DNA of 64,000 nt from contig CBDATQ010000001.1 in the NCBI GenBank assembly GCA_965199955.1, positions 1,664,001-1,728,000 on the forward strand, in the 5' to 3' direction. The notes under the pieces were generated by a model. It ran no database searches. It saw nothing but the letters and a program-made list of their open reading frames with translations, and was not told the origin of the DNA. The translations under genes and the position numbers were made by a program. Source of the stretch: Spirochaetia bacterium (GTDB lineage Bacteria; Spirochaetota; Spirochaetia; SZUA-6; Bin103). Below are positions 1-8,790 of the stretch, in pieces; position 1 is the first letter of the stretch, and every line of letters begins with the position of its first letter.

Positions 1-91
1 TGGCTGGCCGGATTCGGCGCCGTTCGATCACCGCATGCAGGAGATCCTGAGGGTGCTGTTCGTGCCGATGACCGGTGCCGCCCTGAACTGA
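1..91 (+). CDS. 3' end of an unidentified CDS entering the window
   Basis: Frame 2 is open from the window edge (GWPDSAPFDHRMQEILRVLFVPMTGAALN*) to TGA at 89-91. Confidence 0.4.
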   Translation, partial: GWPDSAPFDHRMQEILRVLFVPMTGAALN

Positions 92-2483
92 GGGTTCGCT
101 TACGCTGCTGATCGCGGCCGCGGTCGCCTCCTTCGCCGCCCTGGCGTACGAGGCGCTCCTGGTCCGGTTCTTCTCGCTTTCGCAGTGGAACCACCTGACG
201 TTCCTGGTCCTGGGCGTCGCGCTGCTCGGCTTCTCCGCGTCGGGAGTGGTGCTGGCCGCCCTGGTGTCCCGTGGGCCGCGGGCCTCCTCCGTGCTGAGCC
301 GTCCTTCGGGCGTGGCGGTGCTGCTGGCGGCGTTGTCGCTCGCCGTGTTGGGGTCGTTCGTCGTGCTGCGCGCTATGGAGCTGGACTACTTCCGCATCCC
401 GCTGGAGCTGGGGCAGCTCGCGCTGCTGGCGGTGTCGTTCCTGGTCTTGTCGGTACCGTTCGCGATCGCCGGACTGGTGACTGCGCTCGCCTACGCCGAC
501 CCGGACATCCCGGCCGGACGCACCTATGTGGCAGCGATGGCCGGCTCCGGGCTGGGCGCCGCCGTCCCGGTGGGGCTGCTGCCGGCGTTCGGCATCGCCG
601 GCGCGGTCGCGGCGATCGCGGGGTTCCCCGCGCTCCTGGCGGTCGCGGTGGCGGGAACGCGGATCAGGAGCAGTGGGGGGGCGACGCGTGGGGTGCTCGC
701 CGGCACAGCGGCGGCAGCGGTGGCGATCGGATCGTTGGCCACCGGCCTGATCGGTGAGGTGACGCCGTCCTCGTACAAGCTCGGATACCAGGCGCTGCAG
801 TTCCCGGAGACGAAGGTGGTCGAGCGGCGCACCACGATCCGTGGCCGCTACGAGCGGTTGCAGGGGCCGGCGCTGCGCTTCGCGCCGGGGCTGAGCCTGC
901 GCTGGATGGAACGGCTTCCGCGTCAGGACGCGGTGCTGACCGATGGCGATGCGTCACTGTTCGTCCCGCGCGATCCCGACCCGCGCTACGCCGGGGACCT
1001 GCTCGGATCGGTCGGTGCGGCGCTGGTGAGGGATCCGCGCAGCGCGCTGGTACTGCAGGCGAGCGGCGGCACCGCGCTGCCCATCGTGGTCCAGGCCGGG
1101 GTGCCGCGGGCCACGGTGGTGGATCCGTCGGCGTGGCGTGCCGCGGCGGTGCGCGCCGCGGTCGCGGAGCTGGGCTGGGACGGACCGGTCTCGGTCCGCC
1201 GCTCGTCGCTGCGCGGCTTCACCGCGAGCGCCGGTGAGCGCTACGACCTGATCTACCTGGATCACGCCGGGGCGTCGGTGCCCGGTGTGGAGAGCCTGAG
1301 CCGCCAGTTCACGCTGACCGTCGACGCGCTGCGGAGCTACCTGGACCTGCTGACCGAGGACGGCGTGCTGGTGCTGGGCCGCAAGCTGTCGCTGCCGCCG
1401 TCGACCAGTGTGCGCGCCACGGCGACGGCCCTGGCTGCGCTGGACGGCCGGACGCATACGCCGGAACGGCACCTGGCGATGCTCCGCTCCTTCGAGAGCT
1501 TCGTCCTGGCCGTGTCGCGCGCTCCCTTGTCGGCCGAACGGCTGGCGGCGGTCCGCTCGTTCGCGGACGAGCGGGGCTTCGATCTGGTCTACCTGAGCGA
1601 CATGAGCAGCGACGAGGCGAACCGCTTTGCCGTCCTGGTGGAGCCGCACTACCACGTCGCGATCGGCGGGCTGATCGCCGCCTGGCGCGAAGGGCGAGCA
1701 GACGCCTGGTTCCGTGCGCAGGTGCTGGACGTGGCGCCGCGCCGCGACGGCCGGCCGTTCTTCAGCCATACGCTGCGCTGGACGCGGATCGGTGAGTTGG
1801 CCGCGGCGCTCGGCGGACGCTGGTTCGGGTTCCTGCTGTCCGCGGAGGTGGTGGTGGCGGCCGTGATCGGCATCTCCACCCTGGCCGCCGCGCTCCTGCT
1901 GGCGCTGCCGGCCGCGGCGGGACGCGGGGCCGGCCGGCACTCGCCGCGCGTGTTCGCCTACTTCCTTGCGGTAGGGGCCGGTTACATCTGGGCCGAGCTC
2001 GCCCTGATCGGCCTGTTCACCCTGCTGGTCGGCGACCCGGTGGTCTCGGTCGTGGTGGTGCTGTCGGCCATGCTGACGCTGTCCGGCCTGGGCGGGTTGG
2101 TCTCGGCGCGCATAAGGGGCCAGCGCCTGCCGGTGGTGCTGCTCCTGATCGTCGCACTTCTGGCAGTGGTAGCGCTGACGGCCTTCCCGCTGGTCCGGCT
2201 GCTGCTTGCGCTACCGGTGGTCCTCCGCGTCGTCGGCGCTGCGCTCCTGCTGGCCGCGGTGGCGGTTCCGCTGGGACTGCCGTTCCCGGCCGGCCTCCGG
2301 CTGCTCGCCCCGAAGCCGTATGCGACCGCGCGGGCGTGGGCGGCTAACGGCGCCGCGTCCGTGGTCGGCGCGGCGCTGGCACCCCAGATAGCCTGGGACC
2401 TCGGCATCCCGGCGCTTGTCGTGCTCGCCGCCGCCGTCTACCTCGGCACGGCCCTGGCTGCACGCCGGGCCGCGGTATGGTGA
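87..2483 (+). CDS. Multi-pass membrane protein fused to a spermidine-synthase-like SAM-dependent methyltransferase domain
   Basis: TM blocks flank a soluble domain (YDLIYLD, FTLTVDALRSYLDLLTEDGVL, DGRPFF). The frame is open upstream of the called start at 246 back to 87 and encodes the family-typical N-terminus LAYEALLVRFFSLSQWNHLTFLVLGVALLGFSASG. Start codon uncertain. Confidence 0.75.
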   Translation, partial: TEGSLTLLIAAAVASFAALAYEALLVRFFSLSQWNHLTFLVLGVALLGFSASGVVLAALVSRGPRASSVLSRPSGVAVLLAALSLAVLGSFVVLRAMELDYFRIPLELGQLALLAVSFLVLSVPFAIAGLVTALAYADPDIPAGRTYVAAMAGSGLGAAVPVGLLPAFGIAGAVAAIAGFPALLAVAVAGTRIRSSGGATRGVLAGTAAAAVAIGSLATGLIGEVTPSSYKLGYQALQFPETKVVERRTTIRGRYERLQGPALRFAPGLSLRWMERLPRQDAVLTDGDASLFVPRDPDPRYAGDLLGSVGAALVRDPRSALVLQASGGTALPIVVQAGVPRATVVDPSAWRAAAVRAAVAELGWDGPVSVRRSSLRGFTASAGERYDLIYLDHAGASVPGVESLSRQFTLTVDALRSYLDLLTEDGVLVLGRKLSLPPSTSVRATATALAALDGRTHTPERHLAMLRSFESFVLAVSRAPLSAERLAAVRSFADERGFDLVYLSDMSSDEANRFAVLVEPHYHVAIGGLIAAWREGRADAWFRAQVLDVAPRRDGRPFFSHTLRWTRIGELAAALGGRWFGFLLSAEVVVAAVIGISTLAAALLLALPAAAGRGAGRHSPRVFAYFLAVGAGYIWAELALIGLFTLLVGDPVVSVVVVLSAMLTLSGLGGLVSARIRGQRLPVVLLLIVALLAVVALTAFPLVRLLLALPVVLRVVGAALLLAAVAVPLGLPFPAGLRLLAPKPYATARAWAANGAASVVGAALAPQIAWDLGIPALVVLAAAVYLGTALAARRAAVW

Positions 2484-2557
2484 TCGCGTCCCACTTTGGC
2501 GCCGAAGTGAGACACGCCGTCGATCAGGTCACGAACGGATTGGTGATCTCCAGGCGT

Positions 2558-3442
2558 CTACCTTCCATGCAGATGGATCTCGTCCCGGTCGAAGGTCCAG
2601 CCGGCGCGGTCGCCGCCCGCCATCTCCGAAAGGCGCTTCATCTCTGCGATCTGCTCTTCAGCCTCGCGCAGGACGCGGGCCGCGGTCGGCCGCTTGGCGC
2701 GGCGCGCCAGATCGATCGGTCGATTGCCGGCATGATCCAGCGCGTCGGGGTCGGCGCCGGCGTCGAGCAGCATGCGCACCAGCTTGCCGGCGACGCCGGT
2801 GGCGGCCGCGCAGTGCAGGGACGTTCGGCCGTCGCGTTTACGTGGGCGGTTGACGTCGGCCCCGTGCGCGACGAGCAGCGCCACGCATGAGGTGCGGCCA
2901 TGGTTGCACTGGTGCTGCAGCGCCGTGTCGGCGGACGCGTCCCAGTCGACGTCGGCGCCCTGCTCGATCAACAGCGGCACCAGATGCTCGGCGTTGCGCC
3001 CGCACACCGCGCTGCGCACGTACCCGTCGTCAGTCGCCGCGACGTCGATGCCGACGTCGGAGATCAGATAGCGAACCGCCGCCTCATGTCCGCCCGTGAG
3101 CGCCCAGTGCAGGGGCGTGCCGTAGCAGAGCGTCTCACTCCACGGTGGGGACGGCTCCCGTGCGATCGCCCTGAGCTGCGGGACCTCGCCCCAGGTCGCG
3201 GCCGACCACGCATCCCAGCGGATGCCGTAGGGCCGAAAAAGGTCGAGAGCATCGCGGATGCCCGCGCCGCCGGCGAGCGAGAACACCGTCCGGCCGTAGC
3301 GATCCCGCTGCCACAGCCAGTCGCTGTCCCCGCGTTGCTCGACTTCTCCTGCGATGTGCCCGCTCGCCTCGGCGAAGTCGTGCGCCTTGATGGCGCGCAT
3401 GAGCAGGACCATGAGCGGCGGCGCTTTACTCGCTTTACTCAT
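2558..3442 (-). CDS. Ankyrin-repeat protein
   Basis: GTPLHWALTGGHEAAVRYL, DTALQHQC..GADVN, GRTSLHCAAATG..LLDAGADPDALD. Confidence 0.9.
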   Translation of the reverse strand: MSKASKAPPLMVLLMRAIKAHDFAEASGHIAGEVEQRGDSDWLWQRDRYGRTVFSLAGGAGIRDALDLFRPYGIRWDAWSAATWGEVPQLRAIAREPSPPWSETLCYGTPLHWALTGGHEAAVRYLISDVGIDVAATDDGYVRSAVCGRNAEHLVPLLIEQGADVDWDASADTALQHQCNHGRTSCVALLVAHGADVNRPRKRDGRTSLHCAAATGVAGKLVRMLLDAGADPDALDHAGNRPIDLARRAKRPTAARVLREAEEQIAEMKRLSEMAGGDRAGWTFDRDEIHLHGR

Positions 3443-3485
3443 CCCTGACCGAGGCTCCCCGGCTCACGTTGTAGCATGCAGAGCG

Positions 3486-4508
3486 ATGTCGGTCCTGACC
3501 GGGAAAGCCAGCGACTTTCTGAGAGTCGCCGCGGCAGCCGCTGGCCGGGGCGACCTCGATACGGTACGGGCCATATTGGCAGACAAGCCCGTATGGATCC
3601 GACGCATCGGCTCGCACGGCCGCACCCTGCTCTGGGAAGCGGCCTACCGGGGACGGCTCGAAATGGTGGAGTACCTGCTCGATCGGGGTGCCGACATCGA
3701 CGCCTGCGGCTGCCACTTCACGCCGCTCCTGGTCGAGATCTCCCCGTACTGCGCGGCGCGGTGCCGGGGGCACGAGGCGGTGGCCGACCGTCTGCTCGAG
3801 CGCGGCGCCGCGACCGACATCTTCACCGCCGCGTTTCTCGGGGATCGCGAGGCGGTCGGCGCACACCTGGAGCGCGAACCGCGGCTGGCGACGGCAGAGA
3901 AGCCGCAGCACGATGCCGGCCTGCGTGCGACCGTGCTGCACTATGCGGTCAGCGCGAGCCGGCTGGACATCGTCACCACGCTGCTGGCCCGCGGCGCCGA
4001 CCCGCGTCCGGACAGCGGCTGGCTGATCCGTTTTGCGATCTGGCGGGATCGGGCTGACATCCTGGGGGCGCTCATCGACGCCGGCGCGGATCCGACCCGG
4101 GCCGAGATGCCGCGATCGGGAGTCTCGGCCGAGATCGCCGCGCTGCTGGCCGCGCATGGTGCCGGCGTCAACGTCGACCATGCCGAGGGCGGCTGGCCAC
4201 CGCTGGTGTTCCAGGCGCGCGGCGACCGGGGCGGGAACGTCGACCGCGTGCGCGACCTGCTCGAACGGGGCGCCGATGTCAATGTCCGGAACCACAAGGG
4301 ACAGACGGCGCTGCACTGCGCGGCCAGGGCCGGGTTCCTGGACATCGTCGCTTTGCTGCTCGACCGCGGCGCGGGTGTGGACGCCACCGACGACGACGGC
4401 CGCACCCCGCTCGCCGTAGCGCTGCGCTCGACGGTCCGGGACAAGGCGAGGCTCGCGGCCGTCATCGAGCTGCTGGAGACTGCCGGCGCCGCCGATCCCG
4501 CGGGGTGA
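3486..4508 (+). CDS. Ankyrin-repeat protein
   Basis: GRTLLWEAAYRG, TVLHYAV, GQTALHCAARAGFLDIVALLLDRGA. Start moved to ATG 3486, which follows a TAGCAT -10-like hexamer. Confidence 0.9.
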   Translation: MSVLTGKASDFLRVAAAAAGRGDLDTVRAILADKPVWIRRIGSHGRTLLWEAAYRGRLEMVEYLLDRGADIDACGCHFTPLLVEISPYCAARCRGHEAVADRLLERGAATDIFTAAFLGDREAVGAHLEREPRLATAEKPQHDAGLRATVLHYAVSASRLDIVTTLLARGADPRPDSGWLIRFAIWRDRADILGALIDAGADPTRAEMPRSGVSAEIAALLAAHGAGVNVDHAEGGWPPLVFQARGDRGGNVDRVRDLLERGADVNVRNHKGQTALHCAARAGFLDIVALLLDRGAGVDATDDDGRTPLAVALRSTVRDKARLAAVIELLETAGAADPAG

Positions 4509-4527
4509 GCCCGGGGCGGACGGCCGG

Positions 4528-4941
4528 TTACGCGAGCACCTCGAACGCGTTCGTGCGCGTGCGGCCGTACCGGTAGACCGCAAAGTCGCTGTCGAACGAA
4601 ATCACGCGCGTGACTCCCAGGCGCTCCATCAAAGCGAAGGAGGTGCGATCCACCAGCGAGAAGTCCTGGTCGGGGAAGCATTCGCCGATCGACCACGCCG
4701 ATTCAAGATCGGCGTCGGTGGTCTGTTCGATGGATGCGACTCCCATCCGCAGACCGCCCCAAAAGGTCTCCGCCGCGGCATCGGAAATGAAGTGATGAAT
4801 GAGGCGCCACGTCTCGACGAGTACGTGGTCACTCGTGACGAGCGGCTGGTCCCGCGCCAGCAACCGCTTCGCACGTCCGTTGTGGCGGTCGTTCGTGTCG
4901 GCCGCGGCATACCAGGCCGACGTGTCCACGAAGACGCTCAT
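4528..4941 (-). CDS. vapC: PIN-domain toxin (VapC family)
   Basis: VFVDTSAW, VLVET, FSLVDRTSF, SFDSDF acidic PIN motifs; overlaps the upstream small gene. Confidence 0.9.
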   Translation of the reverse strand: MSVFVDTSAWYAAADTNDRHNGRAKRLLARDQPLVTSDHVLVETWRLIHHFISDAAAETFWGGLRMGVASIEQTTDADLESAWSIGECFPDQDFSLVDRTSFALMERLGVTRVISFDSDFAVYRYGRTRTNAFEVLA

Positions 4942-5192
4942 GCGGAGCGGTTGCGCTTTGCTGAACCGAGTGCTTCCGCGACCATGCGGTCCTTGTCGGC
5001 GCCGATGTCTGTCCCGACCGACGCGCCAAGATCGAAGACGATGGAACGGTCCATGCTCCGTGGAGACTCGGCCAGATCCCGGTCCACCAGGCGCCGTATG
5101 TACTCGGCGAACGAAACGCCAAGCGCTGCGGACCGGGCGCGGACCCGGGCATGCAACTCCGACGTAAGTGATATCTGCGTTCGCACCATCAT
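4938..5192 (-). CDS. vapB: Antitoxin (ribbon-helix-helix/CopG-like)
   Basis: 84 aa, MVRTQISL..GVSFAEYIRRLV, 4-nt overlap with the PIN toxin. Confidence 0.75.
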   Translation of the reverse strand: MMVRTQISLTSELHARVRARSAALGVSFAEYIRRLVDRDLAESPRSMDRSIVFDLGASVGTDIGADKDRMVAEALGSAKRNRSA

Positions 5193-5230
5193 TGTGGCGC
5201 CATCATAGCGCTGCCACCATGCAGCGTCAA
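5193..5230 (-). promoter_or_regulatory. Sigma70-type promoter of the vapBC operon with repeated ATG(A/G)TGG boxes
   Basis: TTGACG(5230-5225)-N17-TATGAT(5207-5202)-N9-ATG; three ATGRTGG repeats overlap it. Confidence 0.7.
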
Positions 5231-5260
5231 TGCCGCGCCGCTACGGGCCGGACTGGAGGC

Positions 5261-6387
5261 TCATCGCTTGAAACGCTTGGCATCCTTGCGGGCGATCTGA
5301 AAGGCGGTCTTGCCACTCTTGTTGCGCGCCTCGGGGTCGGCCCCGGCCTGCAGGAGCGCCTCGACGGCGGCGACTTTGCCCTCGTAGGTCGCGCGATGCA
5401 GCGGCGTGCGGCCCTTGCGGTCCTGCGTGTTCAGGTCGGCGCCGTGTGCGGCGAGCAGACGGATCATGCTGGCCCGATCCTGCTCGGCGGCAAGCTGGAG
5501 CGGCGCGCGTGTAGCCCTGTTGCGCGCGTCGAGCGCCGCGCCCGCCGCGATCAGCAACTCAGCGCATGCTGCCGATCCAGTGCGCGCGGCCCAGTGCAGC
5601 GGCGTCATCGCGTAGGGGTCGACCGCATTCACGATCCCGGAGTCCTCCGAGATCAACTCCCGCAGTCGGGTGGTGTCGTCGCGGGCGCTCGCGGAGTACA
5701 CGTCGTAGCAGGCGCCGTCGTCGATGAGGATCTGCGCCACAACCAGCTTTCCCTGCCGGGCGTTGCGGCGCAGCTCGCCGACGGGGCCTTCGCCCGTGTC
5801 CGTCTCGTCCCAGTGGCTGGGCGCGAGCGCCTCCTGCAGCGAGGTGGTGCCGCGCTCGCCGTTGCCCCGGATCGGGAGTTCGTGATGCACGCCGGCTCCG
5901 TACTCGATCAGCAGCCGTGCGACCTCGGGATACCCACCCCAGGCGGCCCAGTACATCAGCGGCAGGTTGTCCGGCCAGCCGGTATGCGGGCGAACCGAGA
6001 CGCCGGTTGCGTCGGTCGCTCCCGACTCGAACACCGCGCGTAGCGTATCGGCCGCACCTGCCCATGCCGCCTCGTGCAGGACGTTGTACGCCGCATGATC
6101 AATCGCGAGCGGCACGTCGGGGCCAGCAGGAACGCCGCGGCCGGCCCGCAGCCGCGCTTGCCGATCACGGCTGTCAACAGCGCTGAGCCGATCCGTTCCA
6201 GGACCGCCGGCTCGGCGGCCACGGTCTCCTGCATCCGTGCGACGTCAGGCTGTCCGTCCCAACGCTCGGGCGCCGGACCCATCGCCGCGATGATGAGCTG
6301 CTGCTCCGCAGGCGTGAGATCCGGCGTCGCCTCATCACGCAGAAACCAGCTGCCCCGGAAGTCTGCGACAGCCTTGGTGGTGTCCAA
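5261..6387 (-). CDS. Ankyrin-repeat protein, split by a 1-nt frameshift near 6120
   Basis: TTG 6387 preceded by GAGGG gives MDTTKAV..AAAFLLA; the other frame continues DVPLAIDHAAYNVLHEAAWAG..MTPLHWAA..GRTPLHRATYEG. Confidence 0.8.
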
Positions 6388-6597
6388 GGATTTATTCCCT
6401 CGGCTTGACTCTGGGGCCACGTTCTCGGAACACCATGGGTCCGTGAGCGTACCAAGGCGGCGCCCTGCCGGCAACGAGACGCTCTCGATTTCTCGGTTCC
6501 GTCGGCTGCGCTATTTCATGAAGACGGTGTCATCGAGTTGCACCGTGGCTGCTGAAGATCCATACTCGGCCCATCCTCGACTGGAGGCCCGGGTGAC

Positions 6598-7404
6598 ATG
6601 AGCACGACGTTCGAGGAAGCGGTTCGGGCCATCAGCACGGGGAACGCGACCGCCCTGAAGAGGCTCCTGCAGGAAGCCCCTGGCCTCATCGCAGCCCGCT
6701 CGGCATCCGGGCACCGAGCGACCCTCCTGCACTACGTGGCGGCCAACGGCGTCGAGGACGAGCTGCAGAAGACACCGGCGAATGCCGTGGAAATTGCCCG
6801 CATCCTGATCGAAGCCGGAGCAGAGGTCGACGCCCTTGCAGACACCTACGGCGGCGGAACCAATCAGACGACGCTCTGCCTGCTGGTCTCGAGTTGCCAT
6901 CCTGCCGAAGCGGGCCTGCAGCCGGCCCTCGCGCAGGTCCTGTGCGATGCGGGAGCAGCCGTGAACGGCGTCGCCGATGACGGAGCGCCGCTGGCGACCG
7001 CCTTGATGTTCAGCTACACCCGGTCCGTCGACGTGCTGGTGCAGTGTGGCGCACGCATCGGCAACCTGCTGTTCGCCGCCGGCGCTGGTGACCTGGAACG
7101 GGTACGGTCCTTCTTCGACAGCGGTGGCCGACTCCGGCCCGGTGCGGCATACGACGGGCGTCATTTCCCCATCGCAGGTGACGAGGAAGCCGTGCTCGGG
7201 CAGGCGCTCGGTATGGCCTGCTATCACCTGCGGCTCGAGGTGATCAGATTCCTGCTCGAACAGGGTGCGGACGTGAATTCGCGATCCCACATTCTCAGCG
7301 GTTCCTCAACCGGGCTGTACTGGGCAACCCATGGTTTTCATACGCAGGAAGAAGAGCGCCCCATCGTGGAGTTTCTGCGTTCGGTGGGCGCCGAGTCACC
7401 GTGA
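6598..7404 (+). CDS. Ankyrin-repeat protein
   Basis: ATLLHYVAANGVE..LIEAGAEVDA, FLLEQGADVNS; GGAGG RBS upstream. Confidence 0.85.
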   Translation: MSTTFEEAVRAISTGNATALKRLLQEAPGLIAARSASGHRATLLHYVAANGVEDELQKTPANAVEIARILIEAGAEVDALADTYGGGTNQTTLCLLVSSCHPAEAGLQPALAQVLCDAGAAVNGVADDGAPLATALMFSYTRSVDVLVQCGARIGNLLFAAGAGDLERVRSFFDSGGRLRPGAAYDGRHFPIAGDEEAVLGQALGMACYHLRLEVIRFLLEQGADVNSRSHILSGSSTGLYWATHGFHTQEEERPIVEFLRSVGAESP

Positions 7405-7410
7405 GGCAAG

Positions 7411-8757
7411 ATGGCAGGCGTCATGCAGGAGCGGTCGACGTCGGAGCCAGCGAGGTCTGAACAGCGGGCGCCGCTCGATCAGAACCACGAATTCTTCCGC
7501 GCGGTCGGCGTCCTTGACCTCGACCGGGTGCGCGAGTTGCTGGACGAAGACCCATCGCTTGCGAATGCCGACGTGCGAGGCCGCGCCCAGACGGACGGCA
7601 CCTGGGGCTGGGGCGCAAGCTGGGGCGATCCCGAGGACTGGATGACGTGCAAGGCAGTCCATTACGCTGCCTTCGGACACGCCGATCTGCTGAAGCTGCT
7701 TATCGAGTACGGCGCCGACCTCGACGCCTTCGGGTACGAAGACAACCACGGCTGGGCTCCCCCTCTCGTGCTCTCCTGCTGGGAAGGCACCAGGGACACC
7801 GTCGACGCGCTCCTGGGCGCGGGAGCCAACCCGAACATCCCGTCCGTCTGCCCGTTCTTCGGCGTGTCGGCGCTGCACTCCGCGATCGAGCACTGGGACC
7901 CGCCGAAGATCGAGAGCCTGCTGCGACATGGCGCGAGGCACGACATCTACAGCGCGTCCATCGTGGGCGACCTCGACTTCCTGAAGCAGCAGCTCCCTCT
8001 GCTGACACCCCGTTTCAGGTCACAGGCACTCAGCCAGCCGGACCCCGTGCGGAGCCGGACCGCGCTCGAATGGAATGTTCTCCGCAGGCACGACACGCCT
8101 GGGCAGAGGGCGGTTGCCGACTACTTGATCGAGCAGGGTGCCGAAGTGACTCCTGTCGCCCGCATCTGCCTGGGGATGCTGGATTCGGTCAGGGATCTCG
8201 TCCGGAGCCAGCCCGGGTTCGTCAGCCGACCCTTGGGCGGCGACCCCGCCCCGCCACTGACGTGGGCGGTCCGTGCCGGCCAGCTCGAAGTCGCGAAGTA
8301 CCTGCTCTCCGCCGGTGCCGACCCCAACGTGGGGTGGTTCACCGTCGCATGGGATGACGTATCCCCGGAGCTCATCGACCTGCTCCTCAAGGCGGGAGCC
8401 AACTTCGACGGGACCGAGAACGAAGCTGGAGAGTTGACGCTCTTCGGGCGACTCGAAGCGGCGGAGGTGCTGCTGCGCCACGGAGCTGATATCGACAGCA
8501 AGGACTATCGCGGTCTTACACCGCTCCAGGCGCTGGTCGAGCCGGGAAGGGGCTACGCCGACACGTACTACGATCCGTTTCCGGCTGCACGATTCCTCCT
8601 CGACCGCGGCGCCGACGTCAACGCCCTCTCCGACGACGGCAAGACGGCTCTCGACATGGCGATCGAACAGGACAAGGGAGCGATGGCCGGCCTGCTGCGC
8701 GAGCACCGAGGGAAGCGGAGCGAGGAGCTCGCCTCACATCCGCGACCTCCGGCGTAG
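7411..8757 (+). CDS. Ankyrin-repeat protein
   Basis: Multiple repeats: AVHYAAFGH, SALHSAI, PPLTWAVRAGQLEVAKYLLSAGADPN, GKTALDMA. Confidence 0.9.
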   Translation: MAGVMQERSTSEPARSEQRAPLDQNHEFFRAVGVLDLDRVRELLDEDPSLANADVRGRAQTDGTWGWGASWGDPEDWMTCKAVHYAAFGHADLLKLLIEYGADLDAFGYEDNHGWAPPLVLSCWEGTRDTVDALLGAGANPNIPSVCPFFGVSALHSAIEHWDPPKIESLLRHGARHDIYSASIVGDLDFLKQQLPLLTPRFRSQALSQPDPVRSRTALEWNVLRRHDTPGQRAVADYLIEQGAEVTPVARICLGMLDSVRDLVRSQPGFVSRPLGGDPAPPLTWAVRAGQLEVAKYLLSAGADPNVGWFTVAWDDVSPELIDLLLKAGANFDGTENEAGELTLFGRLEAAEVLLRHGADIDSKDYRGLTPLQALVEPGRGYADTYYDPFPAARFLLDRGADVNALSDDGKTALDMAIEQDKGAMAGLLREHRGKRSEELASHPRPPA

Positions 8758-8790
8758 TGCCGGGCCGCTCTCTCACATCGGGGCGAACGG

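Noticed and set aside
6400..6590. Possible small ORFs between divergent ankyrin genes
   Set aside because: No recognisable motif or start signal; treated as intergenic
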